In this document: piece by piece, positions 29,061 through 40,172 of the stretch
Numbering within the stretch: position 1 is the first letter of the stretch
Layout: each line of letters starts with the position of its first letter
DNA from: a virus
Strand: one strand, 5' to 3'
Length of the DNA stretch: 64,000 bases
Virus record (IMG/VR): IMGVR_UViG_3300028029_000007
Span: 22,046 to 86,045 of that record
Notes under the pieces: model-generated
The model's database searches: none
Told to the model about the DNA's origin: nothing
Seen by the model: the letters and a program-made list of their open reading frames with translations, nothing else
Translations under genes and position numbers: made by a program

Positions 29061-30787
29061 TACTCACCATCCTGATCATGTGGAAGATTTCCACCCTCAC
29101 CGTTCGCAGGAGCACCAAGTTTGTCCTGGTATATTTTATCAGCATAAGATAAAATATTAATAACCTGCTTTTCAAATGCTTGAATAGCCTCCGCAATTGA
29201 AAGTTGAGGGCCATTGCTTCTTCTAAGTTCTACATCGACTGATCTCAAATCCGGGTTATTCACATACAGCCTATCAAATGCGTTCTCATCAAGCATAGAG
29301 ATTAAAACCTCTATATCTATGGCCCATAATGCACTATATATTGCTAATACATCAACTAGACCTAGCCCAGAAACTTCCCCCGTAATAACCTCCACTGCCG
29401 TAAGTGAGTCGGATCCTAATCTCTGATTATTATCCCTACACTCCTTCGCATCAGCCAACTCTTTAACCCAGGTCTTTTCTGTATTTTCAAACTGAGATAA
29501 ATGAAAATCTGAATTTTCCAGATTCTCATCAGATAGCGTTCCAATTTCAGATGACTGAAGGGACCTTAATTCAAGATTTTTAATTGTCCTTTCAAGCTCT
29601 GCTTTCTGCTTCGGAACGATAAGATTTGTTGTATCACATCCCCCTTCAGGACCAGTCTCTGAAGGCAAGGGTGTCCACCTAATCTTTTTAGATACATTCT
29701 TAATATTATCAGTAGCCTCAATAAGCTCATCAATAACAGCCTTTATGATCTTTACAAGTTTGTTAATGTTTATTAATTGAGTTCTATGTGAGTTTTTAAG
29801 CCTTTCAATAATATCATCTGAATTAACAGAAGCCCCATCCTTATTTAAAAGAGCACTGACTATACTAGATAATTCGGCGTTACTAATTTCAGATGTTGAA
29901 ATTGAAAAATCCTCAATTGTTAGCAACGTAGAATTGATAAGATCGGTTGATCCTTGCTCCCTCAGCCTTAATCTAAGGATAAATTCAATGCCTGGGCGTT
30001 TTGTATATATGGATCTCTCAATCCCAGTATCACCTTTTGATGGCAAGAATGGCGCTGCAACTATTCTCGTTTCGTTCGAAAAGCCAGTTACCGTATCAGT
30101 AATGTTCGGATCTGTATTGAACGGTCTAAGAATGTGATTTCCTTCAGAGAAGAAATTGGTAATTTCCAACTCAGAACCATCAGTTGAAATCCTTCCTCTA
30201 TACCTGGACTTTATATAATCCTCTCTTTCTTTCTTAGTGAATATTTGAGGATCGGTATCTGTAAGAAAATTAAAAGACTCAGAAGAATTCATTTGCAAAA
30301 ATGGTTTAATTCCATTAGGGACGCCCATTGCTATGGCGTAAACACACGCATCAAGTGAAAGTTTTCTAAAAAACTTCATCCTCTCCCTTACAGAAACCTC
30401 CCTTTTGACCTGCAAGTCTCTCACAGGGGATGGGACGTTAGATGAGGTATTATAATTCCTGCTCCTTTCATCAGCTTTTAAAGTCGGATCAAATCCTGGA
30501 CTATAAAAAGAACTTGTACCTATTACGGGAAACCCAATCATACGATAGAAAGCATGGGTCCTGCTTTCTTGCGGGGCTGATGGATCAATATCGGCAGCAT
30601 TAGCAGCATCATTAGCTACAGAGTTACCATCGGCAATAATTGGCCTTTCAACCATTGGAGCGGCGGCGAAAGATCTTGCCTTATCAATTGGTAGAATAAA
30701 CTTATTAAATAATACCTCAAGATCTATTTCTACACCTTGAGTATCATCTAATTCGGAATCTGTTTTAATTTCAGGTAAATCATCCAT
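29060..30787 (-). CDS. Hypothetical baseplate-region protein (575 aa)
   Basis: Long ORF, TAATG coupling to gp25; no motif recognised. Confidence 0.6.
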   Translation of the reverse strand: MDDLPEIKTDSELDDTQGVEIDLEVLFNKFILPIDKARSFAAAPMVERPIIADGNSVANDAANAADIDPSAPQESRTHAFYRMIGFPVIGTSSFYSPGFDPTLKADERSRNYNTSSNVPSPVRDLQVKREVSVRERMKFFRKLSLDACVYAIAMGVPNGIKPFLQMNSSESFNFLTDTDPQIFTKKEREDYIKSRYRGRISTDGSELEITNFFSEGNHILRPFNTDPNITDTVTGFSNETRIVAAPFLPSKGDTGIERSIYTKRPGIEFILRLRLREQGSTDLINSTLLTIEDFSISTSEISNAELSSIVSALLNKDGASVNSDDIIERLKNSHRTQLININKLVKIIKAVIDELIEATDNIKNVSKKIRWTPLPSETGPEGGCDTTNLIVPKQKAELERTIKNLELRSLQSSEIGTLSDENLENSDFHLSQFENTEKTWVKELADAKECRDNNQRLGSDSLTAVEVITGEVSGLGLVDVLAIYSALWAIDIEVLISMLDENAFDRLYVNNPDLRSVDVELRRSNGPQLSIAEAIQAFEKQVINILSYADKIYQDKLGAPANGEGGNLPHDQDGE

Positions 30788-30799
30788 AATACGCCTCTA

Positions 30800-32911
30800 T
30801 TAGGAGCCAGCAGCGTCAGTTTCATCACGACGTACCTTAGAGTCCTTCTCGCCAGACCTGAATCCACCAACGAACTGGTATGGATAGGTTCTAATTTTAA
30901 TTTCCGTTTCTACATTTAGGTCATTCTGATTCAAAACCTCAGCGAACAAATTGCCATCAAAGGATATTTGCAATTCACCAGAACCGGCCTTTTTAGATGT
31001 GATGTCCGCACAGAACAATGCATACCCATCATAAGTGAAGTTTGAAACCTCACCAAGAGTAACGGTTCCTGATAGTTTATCAGCAATCACATCTTGACAG
31101 TTCAGGGGAATGGATTCAGCAATATCATTTTCACCAAAGTCACTTAATGTTACAGCTATCTTAATCTGATCATCTACAAACTGAATTTCAGGGTCTAGTG
31201 TGGCATCTGATTCATAAACTGACACTCCAGCAATGAATGAATTTTTGTATACTACTTCAGAGTCTGATTTTAAAGTCTCCAGACATCCAACAGCTGTTGC
31301 TTGGAATTTAGCCGCTCCGTCTATCGATACATCCTCTCTTAATGTAGTCATAGCATCAGTTAGGCAGGCTAGAGTGCTTTCAACATCTGGAAGTGCACCT
31401 CCAATCTTTTCAATTGCCGCAGTAACATCTCCAGTTATTGTGTCAGCTATAGCTGCCTCAATCTGAATCTCTGGCTGACAACCCGCAGTAATGATCTGAT
31501 ACTTCATAAGTACCGCATGATTAATCTTTAGGTTCCATGTGATATTAGGCAGCTGATACCCGTCTTCATAATTTGGAAGGCCAGCAAACACAGGGTCTTG
31601 ATGAATAAAAGTGTCTAAAGTAGCCTGTTTGCCATCGATATTGAATGGAGTAGTTCCATCGGACTCGAAAACATCCCCACCGACTAATCTTATCGTTCCT
31701 TCATCATTTCCAAAATCAGTGCCTAATAAAGGTGGAAGCTCTGAACCATAATCTAAAACATTTTCATAATTCAAAACGCCAGTATATGGCTGCTTGGTTA
31801 GAATGATGTCATTGATGAGGAAATTTCTTGGACCAGAAAAGTCACCATTATCGGAATCGTGCCCGAATAATGCGGGATCTAAATTTGCAACCATATCCAT
31901 AGTGTAAGGAACAACATTCTTTATGTTATCATCCTTATTGAATGAAAGTGGCTGTGGCCAGAATATGTTATCATTGACTGGTGTATATATTAAACTGAAT
32001 GGATACTCCGGATTTTCATCGTCAACGAACTGCCACCTTTCCGTTCTCAATGGTGCTACAAGATCTTCAAGACCAGGAATTCCAAGAGAGTTAAGGTTCA
32101 TGGAGTACTGTCTATGATAAATAATCCTTCCGCCAATACCGGTTGTTCCATCAGGATTGTCGCCAATGAATGCAGGACAAACATCATCATCGCAACAATC
32201 GTTACCTCTCTTGCATGGCTTTATGCCACCAAGCTGAGCTAGTGCCTCAATAATCTTAAAGAGTGCCTGGAAAATGATTAGAAGAGCAAATAACTGCTCA
32301 ATTAAACATAGCAGTGCTGCAATCTTTTGAGCAATAGCAATAATACCATCTTCATTTCCGGTTTGAACCGCAGATGCGAGTGCTTCAATGTTTGAAATAA
32401 GATCGTTAATCATTGCAATGATTGTATTAATTAAATATTCAATTAGAGCAATGAGTAAAAGTATGAACGCCAAAATCATTGCAATCAATGCAAGGAATGG
32501 AAATATTGCCAAGAATGCTGGAATGCACTGCTTGAAAAGCTTTTTAAGAGCTTTGATAGTTTTGAACGGATTCATCAATGCACATAAGACCTCAATGATG
32601 CAGATGATCATGTTGAGTAGCGCCTGAAATAAATTGTAAATCGCAAGGTACGGACCTAACATGTTCATCAAAGATGCAATAGCATCAAAGACTGAATCGA
32701 AAGTACCATCAGCAGATGGTATTAACTTTCCTCCGGGGATAATAGCAAAGATCTGCTCTAAAAGGGCAATGATGTCTTCTGGAACTCCCGGTGGTAGAGC
32801 TAAGTCTGGAAAGGGGATCTGTGGCGGAGAATAGATCGGTCCAAAACCAATGTCTGGTGGAGGCCCTAGATTTTCTGGATTGAGGTTATTGTCACTAGGA
32901 CTGCACGTCAT
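30800..32911 (-). CDS. Baseplate-region protein with long hydrophobic helices and a Cys cluster
   Basis: FLAIFPFLALIAMILAFILLLIALIEYLI; KPCKRGNDCCDDDVCP; start placed at ATG 32911 (ATGA overlap with the upstream mini-ORF); 2 DGY. Confidence 0.6.
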   Translation of the reverse strand: MTCSPSDNNLNPENLGPPPDIGFGPIYSPPQIPFPDLALPPGVPEDIIALLEQIFAIIPGGKLIPSADGTFDSVFDAIASLMNMLGPYLAIYNLFQALLNMIICIIEVLCALMNPFKTIKALKKLFKQCIPAFLAIFPFLALIAMILAFILLLIALIEYLINTIIAMINDLISNIEALASAVQTGNEDGIIAIAQKIAALLCLIEQLFALLIIFQALFKIIEALAQLGGIKPCKRGNDCCDDDVCPAFIGDNPDGTTGIGGRIIYHRQYSMNLNSLGIPGLEDLVAPLRTERWQFVDDENPEYPFSLIYTPVNDNIFWPQPLSFNKDDNIKNVVPYTMDMVANLDPALFGHDSDNGDFSGPRNFLINDIILTKQPYTGVLNYENVLDYGSELPPLLGTDFGNDEGTIRLVGGDVFESDGTTPFNIDGKQATLDTFIHQDPVFAGLPNYEDGYQLPNITWNLKINHAVLMKYQIITAGCQPEIQIEAAIADTITGDVTAAIEKIGGALPDVESTLACLTDAMTTLREDVSIDGAAKFQATAVGCLETLKSDSEVVYKNSFIAGVSVYESDATLDPEIQFVDDQIKIAVTLSDFGENDIAESIPLNCQDVIADKLSGTVTLGEVSNFTYDGYALFCADITSKKAGSGELQISFDGNLFAEVLNQNDLNVETEIKIRTYPYQFVGGFRSGEKDSKVRRDETDAAGS

Positions 32912-33021
32912 CCTTCGCACCTACAAGATTTACACGTAGACCTTAAGCCATCTTTTGATGATTTCTTTTTATAAAAAGATAAAAGCTCTTTAATGTTGTG
33001 ACATCTGTAGCACTTTTTCAT
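32908..33021 (-). pseudogene. 37-aa stand-alone zinc finger; N-terminal remnant of the local HNH endonuclease family
   Basis: My translation MKKCYRCHNIKELLSFYKKKSSKDGLRSTCKSCRCEG* aligns with MKICTKCNLEKTLDEFHNCKRNGKQSTCKVCK of the 56482-57540 HNH. Confidence 0.75.
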
Positions 33022-33024
33022 AAT

Positions 33025-35031
33025 TTACCTTAAAGATCTTCCAGGGGATCTGGTAACCAATCTTCCAGTGTTTCTATCGTTTGCATATAGATAGATACCC
33101 TCAGCGTTGAGATACATATTTCCCTTTCTTGATTCCATTTTAATGTGACCCTCTGCAACCATATCAATCTCTCCAGGTGTATATATCCTTAACCCGGACT
33201 CATCGAAACGTAAAATATGCATCATGTTTCCAGCTGCTATTCTCAAATCAAAAGCGCCAGACCTATATGCATTATTAAGATTAAGAAACCTAGAGTCATC
33301 GCCCACGGTGGTTCCGCCAATTTCGATAAGTACATCACCATCAAATCGTCCAGCATATGAAATGTCATTAATATCCCTGCCAACATTTGAAACAATCCCA
33401 CCAGCACAATCTAGCCACATAGATTGTCTATCTACAGTATTAGCGCCTATGGACATTGAAAGCATTCCATCCAGAGTTATAGTTCCAGACCTTCCGCCCG
33501 CATTTGCCAACTCAGAAGAAACTATTACTTCTGGAGAAATTGTCTGCTCAACCTTTGGCAAAAGATTTAGTTTTGAATCAGGGTATAACGGAACCGGATC
33601 ATCATCTAAAGAATGAAGGGGAAGGGTATTGGAAATATCATGAAACACGGTTCCAAGTTTAATCGGTTTTCCATTATTCCTATCGGTAGGCGCAGCAGAA
33701 CCAGCAAGGTCCGCTGGGTCTTCAGATAGTGCTACAACTCCCTTTCCGTATGAATCAAGGAAAACATCTTGGTCATCAACATTCCTAATGAACTGCCTTG
33801 GGTCAGTATCATTATCTGCCGCAGCAATTGTTGAATAATTTTCATGACGAACGGTTAAAGCAACATTGCCAACCTCAGAAGATGCTGGAGCGTTAAATCT
33901 AAACTGACCCTCCTTGTCAATATCCAAAAAGAACTTAGACCTATCCCTGGCGTAATCAGTCTCATCATCTACAAAGAATGACAGATTGTTAAGGTCTGGA
34001 AGTTTAGCCTTTCTAGCATTTAGCTCCCAATGATAAGCAATAGACTTCCTGGTTTGCTCCCTTAGCTTAGCAAAGGTATCTGATGCATTGACCTCAACAT
34101 TTCTAAATGAAAGAGAATCAACCCTTCCATTGGGAAGTATTGCCCTATTTAGATCAACTACGTTTCCATAGATATCAACTACGGTTCCCGATATGGACTC
34201 TATAAGTTGATTAGGCTCAATGAGGGATAATGAAAGCGCATCTGCTCTCGACTTCCTTCTGTTTACAAAAGTGTCTTCTTCAAGTATAATCTCACCGTCA
34301 TAAACTGATCTTTCAGAGATATCATCCGTGAATCCAAATGAATTTGGGAATTCATATACAATCTGTCTGGACTCATTAAATGCAGGGTTTCTTGTAAAAG
34401 AATCTCCAGGCCTAGTTCTAGTATCTAGACCAATTTGTTTTAATGAAGTTTGATAAGTATGAGAGGTTAGGGATGAACCTGAAATTCCTCTGGTTGCATT
34501 TGCCTGAACATCTCTGAATACTGGCCCTGTGATGGACCTATGCGCTTCCGTGAAGTTCATGTAGGAGTTGAACACGGATGAGTTTATGCCAAGCTTTGGG
34601 TCAGCATGTACAAACTGATCTGGGTCACCAAACTGTAATCCAATCTTTGGATCAGTTATGTGCCTGATATTATTTCTAACCTGTATTACATGACGGCCCG
34701 GTCTTAGAGCAGACATCACGTTCTGCTTGTAGCCAGAAATGGATGATGTGTTTTTGTTTCCAAATGTATCAGTAGATGGAACGTATGATACTGGAGACCA
34801 AGACCCTCCCTGTCCTTGAGATACCTTTATAGTTGACCCCGGAACTGGACAGCCACCCGCAAACTCACCACCTGGACCTGACCATGATGCAGGTATGGGT
34901 ATGGAGTGTTCCCTATTGGATACATCTGATTTAGACATATCTACAGTGATGAGAATTGTTCCTGTATTAAAATCAACTCTTTTTACAGTTGCATTCCTAA
35001 TCAGACCTACCTGCTGAGACCCTATACCCAT
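33025..35031 (-). CDS. Probable baseplate central spike (gp5/gpV-like)
   Basis: N-terminal OB-like ATVKRVDFNTGTI...GGCPVPGSTIKV; C-terminal beta-repeat GEIDMVAEGHIKMESRKGNMYLNAEGIYL; follows the hub. Confidence 0.6.
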   Translation of the reverse strand: MGIGSQQVGLIRNATVKRVDFNTGTILITVDMSKSDVSNREHSIPIPASWSGPGGEFAGGCPVPGSTIKVSQGQGGSWSPVSYVPSTDTFGNKNTSSISGYKQNVMSALRPGRHVIQVRNNIRHITDPKIGLQFGDPDQFVHADPKLGINSSVFNSYMNFTEAHRSITGPVFRDVQANATRGISGSSLTSHTYQTSLKQIGLDTRTRPGDSFTRNPAFNESRQIVYEFPNSFGFTDDISERSVYDGEIILEEDTFVNRRKSRADALSLSLIEPNQLIESISGTVVDIYGNVVDLNRAILPNGRVDSLSFRNVEVNASDTFAKLREQTRKSIAYHWELNARKAKLPDLNNLSFFVDDETDYARDRSKFFLDIDKEGQFRFNAPASSEVGNVALTVRHENYSTIAAADNDTDPRQFIRNVDDQDVFLDSYGKGVVALSEDPADLAGSAAPTDRNNGKPIKLGTVFHDISNTLPLHSLDDDPVPLYPDSKLNLLPKVEQTISPEVIVSSELANAGGRSGTITLDGMLSMSIGANTVDRQSMWLDCAGGIVSNVGRDINDISYAGRFDGDVLIEIGGTTVGDDSRFLNLNNAYRSGAFDLRIAAGNMMHILRFDESGLRIYTPGEIDMVAEGHIKMESRKGNMYLNAEGIYLYANDRNTGRLVTRSPGRSLR

Positions 35032-38000
35032 TACAAATTCCCAAATGGATCAGTGAAATCAGGATCATTTTCCAGGGATGCCTGAGATCTTACACCTCTT
35101 GCGGCAGACTTATACTCTTGCACCTCAGCATTATCCTCTTGCGCAGCTTGATTTTCCTGGTTTGATTCAACCAATGTATCCTTTACTGGCTCATACACTA
35201 CCCAAGCGTCAATAACATTTCTCATTATTATATTATCCAATTCAAACTCTGTATTACTCTGTAAATTTTTCTGCTCTTCTGAAGAGAAACCACCCACTGC
35301 ATTTTGTGACGCTGTTGCTGGCTTGAAAACTTCATCAAATAAGCCTGATGCAGACCCAGGGACACCATTCTTCTCAATAATTCTAGCGGCATTCCAAGCA
35401 GCAGAAGATGGGGTCTCTGTATCATTGTCTATATCAATCTCTACGAGTCTAACGTCATTTCCATCAATTTGAAAATTCTCCTGGATATCTGAGTCCCCAA
35501 TCGTTTCATTTGTTTGAGTGGTATATATTTTAGGATCTAAAAAGTAACGCCTAATAGCTGAGGCTGCCTCCCTTAGCGGTGCATCTCCTCCCTTCTCAGC
35601 GTATACCCTAATTTCTAATACTGGTTTTATATTTCTAACAGCAACGGTATTTAATGCACCCGAAGCCGCATACATAATCTTTCCAAGAACACTTCTATTG
35701 TGAGAGCCAGTAGAGCCTTTTAATATAGACTCAAGGTCCTGATTAAATTCGTTAACAATAATTGCGCCAAGTGCCACATCATCACCTTCAGCATTAAATC
35801 TAGATGATCTAAATTGTTCTGAAAATGTTTGTGCAGAGTATAAGTACTTACCAATCATATCTAGATGAGTTGGAATATACTCGCCAGGATTATGTCCGTA
35901 AGTTAATGTAAGGGTAGTTGTTAATCCTTGGTCATAAGAAAATGTGTGAGAAACTCCCTCTACATAAAATAACTGATCTTCAGCTTCAATATAAACAACA
36001 TCCCCGGCCTGATAGAATTCGTTCCAACCAGAGATGGAAGCTGAACCATTAAATATATTTCGCCTTGCAAGGTTTAATAGTGTGACGGCGAATGGTGCGC
36101 ACTGCGACTCTGGGTCAGATGCCCAATGTGCCTCAACAGAGTTTCCAACCTTAAAGCCATATTGATACCACATGTCATAATCAACAGCATATGCTGATAC
36201 GATAGCGTTACCACCACTATTTCCAGAAAGATTGGTATTAAGCTGGGTTGGAGCATCTACAAAGCCTTCACCAAAAAGACCATTAACCTGGACTGCGGTA
36301 TACGGAGGCGGCTCTTCATTTATGGTATAAGATAGGATCTGCTCTTCTTTAAGAATAAATCTATTTCCCGAACCAGGGCCTAGATCATGAACCGTCTCAT
36401 CCTCAATCATATGCTCAAGGAATTCTGGAATAGATGTCTTTCTATTTAAGAATGGTGAGAGAGCCGTCTTTGCACCATCATCATCCTTGTTTATCTGTAA
36501 TCCCTCCATTAGATTTCTAGTTGTATTAGAAAGCTCAAGGGCAAGCTTTTGCCTTTCCGAAACAAGCTCAGCTACTTCTTGAAGAATATTTAAACCATCA
36601 AGTTCAGATACGACACCCTCTAATCTTTTGAATCTCTTATTTGAAAAAAGCTCTCTGGTAGTAGGCGCTTTAACTCCCTTGTTCTTTAGAAGCCTTTGAC
36701 GTATTACATCAACCATGTCTCCAACAGAAGTCGCAGATAATAGTCTAGCAGAAAAATCCTTTTTCTTAGTAACATTCACTCTCGATATAATATCAAAAGT
36801 TTTATTCACAGAAGTTTGCCCGCCTGAATTTGAATTTAATATTTGTAGCTGTTCGATATTTTTATTTTCAGACTCTTCTCTCCGCTCAGGATCTCCATAT
36901 AAAGGTACGGACTGTAAATTTGCACCGCTAATTTTACCAGTATCAGGATCTGATAGGAATCCAAAACCAGGTGCCCCACCAGCTGGAGAGTTTCCCCCAG
37001 CAAGAAACTTCTTAATAGCCGCATCAGTTCCCATACCAGGAGTGTTATTAGAGTTTCCAACACCAGAAGCTCCAAGAGAAATAACTCTTAAACGAATTTC
37101 ATCCTCGGTAATTTCAATCTTATTAGTCAAGCCCCGAATCTGGTTGAATAAAAGGGTTTCAAGGAAATCTGGGAAAACTTTAACGCCAGTTTCATCTCTA
37201 TCTTTAAACATTTTATAGAAAACAGATGATGGCATTTTATTATACAGAGGCGGACGTACCCTGATGTTACCCTGAGAGTCCGCAAAAACTTCAAGTCCTA
37301 GAATTTTTGATACGGATTCAATCTGACCATCAACAGTTGTGTACTCAGAGTTGAACAGCTCCATAGCCCCATCAATCTTTCTTTCGAAAGCCTGAATGTC
37401 ATAATTCTTATCGTACTGATCGTCTACAATAAAAAGGTTATTGTCAGAATTCGCTTTAACTTTCCACAGCCTCCTTAAAGCTAGGGCGTTAATCCTTCTT
37501 CTCATCTCAGCTCTTGAAGCTGATTTTTGAGCCTGTGTTACAGCGTTGTTTCCATCAAACTCATCAAATCCGGATTCAAACGATATGTCGTCCCCAACTA
37601 TCTTGATGGAGCCGGAACTAGCTGAGAACAGTTTAGATTCCTTATCTGAAAACTTCTGCTGCTCTTCCTCTATTTTTATATCTAAAGAATCAATTTCCCT
37701 ATCAATCGCTTGAACCTGATTTCTAACTGTTGTCTCAAAATCTCCAGGATCATCATACCCAGCAATAGTTAGAGATTTCTGATCGATCCTTGCAGCTCTC
37801 TTTCTAAGTAAGCTCTGCAAGCGTCCTTGACGTTTTGTTAGATCCGCTTGACCCTGCCTAATAAAAGCAAAGGCATCATCATTTACAGATAGAGACTTGA
37901 ATGGAATGAAGTTACCCCAAATAACATTACGTTTAGATAACTCCCTAACCAAGCCATCAATGTAGGATGAGTGTGTGTCAACATTTTCAGTTGGGTCATA

Positions 38001-40157
38001 AGCTAGAATATCATTCTGCCCCTTCAAAGCACCTTTCAAGAAAGTGTTGTAGTTATATGGCTGACCAGTAACTAGCAGTGATAGTACATTCATTACATCT
38101 TGACCAGCAAATGGAGATGCAGTCATGGCCGGTGTACGTTCGTCCTGAACATTAACCCGAGGATCAGCTCTATCAACCTTCTGTATTGACTGAACCCCCT
38201 GCTTCCACCTATAAACAAAGCCATCAGAGTCCGCTAGAACCTGCCTAAGCTTGCCAAATACAATCTCATTCTTCTTTGTCTTATAAAGAATTTGATTAGC
38301 ATTCTGTCCCTTAAAATCAGTGCTCTGGAATTTAAGGGCCCTGGTCTCCAGAAGCTTCTGGTTTTCATGCAATAGCGGAGGGAAGGCACCATCTGTGAGG
38401 TTGTTTATGGACTCGCCAGTACCTGCATCAAAAGATAGATCAAATGGCGTCAGAGGGTCATACAAAGCCGAGTTAAACACATTCAAAGAGGGTTTAATAT
38501 TTATCTGTGATTTAGTGAAATACCCCGAGTTATCCTCACACTCTACATTAACAGTATGCTTACCATTAGATGCGCTAAAGTTCTGAGATGTGTTCTTAAC
38601 TAGCCCAACAAATACAGCGGTTCCAGCGCCCTGCTTTGTAAAGTTATTCCTAAACATTCTCCAAAGCCAAGTGGGGAAGTTCGGTCCAACTATCGCCGCC
38701 TTCTCTATCTCATCCGGTGACGTTCCATTACCAGTGAACATTCCTCCAATATTTGCCATAGAAGAATTTATGTTGGACACAAGATTATTAATAGTTTGGC
38801 CCATTGATAGAGCGCCAGAACTTTGGAACCCTGGGAATCCAACATTCAATTTAGAATCAGGTATTGTCTTAGATGTCATAAACACATTAATAACGTCCAT
38901 GCTTTGAATAATAGACCTTCCATTAAAGAATTTCCTCATTCTATTTCTAACGTAGTTTACCTCAGAGTTATACTTTCTTGCTTCCGTAGATGTTTCCGAT
39001 TTAAAAAGAACCGATCCTGTTGTGTTTTCTATCCCCATTAATAAGAAAATGTTTTCTACTATCTCTTTAAATAATCTAACATCGGAATCTGATAGGGCAT
39101 TTTTATTCGTGCCTACTCCGGCCAAATCTTCATCTGTAAGAAGATCTTTCGGATCAATATCAACAGACCCCCCAATCCCAACAAGGCCAGAGTTATACGT
39201 GAAGTTAATCTCCTTACCTTCACCATCTATAATTGCCCTTAGCTTTTTTGAAATAAAGGTTTGAGGTGAAAGTACAAAATTGATTCTTGAAGCGCCCCTA
39301 CCTCTTCTATTAGCATTTAACTCATTTTTCTGAGAGCTAACAAGCTGTCTCGTCTCTATCTCAGCGAACCTTCCGATTGGTGAATTTTTATAGAAGTTAG
39401 ATGAGTCTATAATTGCACGATCAATATCTTTGTTCGTAATATGCAATATCTTATATGGGTCCTCAATGGCTATCGAAGCCGAACCACCGTTAAGTTTAGT
39501 CGTAACATTTGTGGTTATGGAGGCAACAGCGGTAAGCTCAATAACACCAGTGCCCTCACCGAGATCTCCGGCAAACACGGATTCGTAATCATTGACCCAT
39601 GTTGTAGTGTCATTGGAGTCTGAAAAAGCCATCGCCCTTCTTAGAGTGTCAATAGCCCTCCTTGTCTCTGGATCAATCATATTTCCAAGAGCATTGTCAA
39701 TCTCGGCTATGTCCTGCATCACCATGGGTATAAGTGACAGGTTGAACTGACCAGTTTCCGCAGCTAAATTGTCCACTTTAGACAGCCTCTCATAAGCCGC
39801 CATTAAATTACATTTATTCTGAAATAGCTTCTTGGAAGCCCTAACAAATAAGCGCTCCTTCTCTTCAAGAAGATCAAGTCTTGAGTTTTCAATAAGAGAA
39901 GAGAACATTCTCTTCTTAATTATAATAGTAAGCTCTGGTTGCTGAAATAGAACCTCTCTCATTCTTGGGCGAATGTTATTCACTAGCCCAGAAGATATGT
40001 ATGTCCTCTCAGCAGATTGGTCGAACTTTTTAGAAAAATCTCCAAGCAAGCCAAAATTTCCGACCCTATCCCCATTGGTATCAAGGGAAGTGACAGAATT
40101 CTCACCGAAGCTAAATTGTTCGTTAATTGCGTTTCCAAGGGCAGATGCAAAACCCAT
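35031..40157 (-). CDS. Probable baseplate hub protein (gp27/gpD-like, greatly expanded)
   Basis: GLEVFADSQGNIRVRPPLYN and AGDVVYI...FYVEGVSHTFSYDQGLTTTLTLTYG hub-type motifs; position after tape measure/initiator. Confidence 0.7.
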   Translation of the reverse strand: MGFASALGNAINEQFSFGENSVTSLDTNGDRVGNFGLLGDFSKKFDQSAERTYISSGLVNNIRPRMREVLFQQPELTIIIKKRMFSSLIENSRLDLLEEKERLFVRASKKLFQNKCNLMAAYERLSKVDNLAAETGQFNLSLIPMVMQDIAEIDNALGNMIDPETRRAIDTLRRAMAFSDSNDTTTWVNDYESVFAGDLGEGTGVIELTAVASITTNVTTKLNGGSASIAIEDPYKILHITNKDIDRAIIDSSNFYKNSPIGRFAEIETRQLVSSQKNELNANRRGRGASRINFVLSPQTFISKKLRAIIDGEGKEINFTYNSGLVGIGGSVDIDPKDLLTDEDLAGVGTNKNALSDSDVRLFKEIVENIFLLMGIENTTGSVLFKSETSTEARKYNSEVNYVRNRMRKFFNGRSIIQSMDVINVFMTSKTIPDSKLNVGFPGFQSSGALSMGQTINNLVSNINSSMANIGGMFTGNGTSPDEIEKAAIVGPNFPTWLWRMFRNNFTKQGAGTAVFVGLVKNTSQNFSASNGKHTVNVECEDNSGYFTKSQINIKPSLNVFNSALYDPLTPFDLSFDAGTGESINNLTDGAFPPLLHENQKLLETRALKFQSTDFKGQNANQILYKTKKNEIVFGKLRQVLADSDGFVYRWKQGVQSIQKVDRADPRVNVQDERTPAMTASPFAGQDVMNVLSLLVTGQPYNYNTFLKGALKGQNDILAYDPTENVDTHSSYIDGLVRELSKRNVIWGNFIPFKSLSVNDDAFAFIRQGQADLTKRQGRLQSLLRKRAARIDQKSLTIAGYDDPGDFETTVRNQVQAIDREIDSLDIKIEEEQQKFSDKESKLFSASSGSIKIVGDDISFESGFDEFDGNNAVTQAQKSASRAEMRRRINALALRRLWKVKANSDNNLFIVDDQYDKNYDIQAFERKIDGAMELFNSEYTTVDGQIESVSKILGLEVFADSQGNIRVRPPLYNKMPSSVFYKMFKDRDETGVKVFPDFLETLLFNQIRGLTNKIEITEDEIRLRVISLGASGVGNSNNTPGMGTDAAIKKFLAGGNSPAGGAPGFGFLSDPDTGKISGANLQSVPLYGDPERREESENKNIEQLQILNSNSGGQTSVNKTFDIISRVNVTKKKDFSARLLSATSVGDMVDVIRQRLLKNKGVKAPTTRELFSNKRFKRLEGVVSELDGLNILQEVAELVSERQKLALELSNTTRNLMEGLQINKDDDGAKTALSPFLNRKTSIPEFLEHMIEDETVHDLGPGSGNRFILKEEQILSYTINEEPPPYTAVQVNGLFGEGFVDAPTQLNTNLSGNSGGNAIVSAYAVDYDMWYQYGFKVGNSVEAHWASDPESQCAPFAVTLLNLARRNIFNGSASISGWNEFYQAGDVVYIEAEDQLFYVEGVSHTFSYDQGLTTTLTLTYGHNPGEYIPTHLDMIGKYLYSAQTFSEQFRSSRFNAEGDDVALGAIIVNEFNQDLESILKGSTGSHNRSVLGKIMYAASGALNTVAVRNIKPVLEIRVYAEKGGDAPLREAASAIRRYFLDPKIYTTQTNETIGDSDIQENFQIDGNDVRLVEIDIDNDTETPSSAAWNAARIIEKNGVPGSASGLFDEVFKPATASQNAVGGFSSEEQKNLQSNTEFELDNIIMRNVIDAWVVYEPVKDTLVESNQENQAAQEDNAEVQEYKSAARGVRSQASLENDPDFTDPFGNL

Positions 40158-40172
40158 ACTTACCTACTTACT

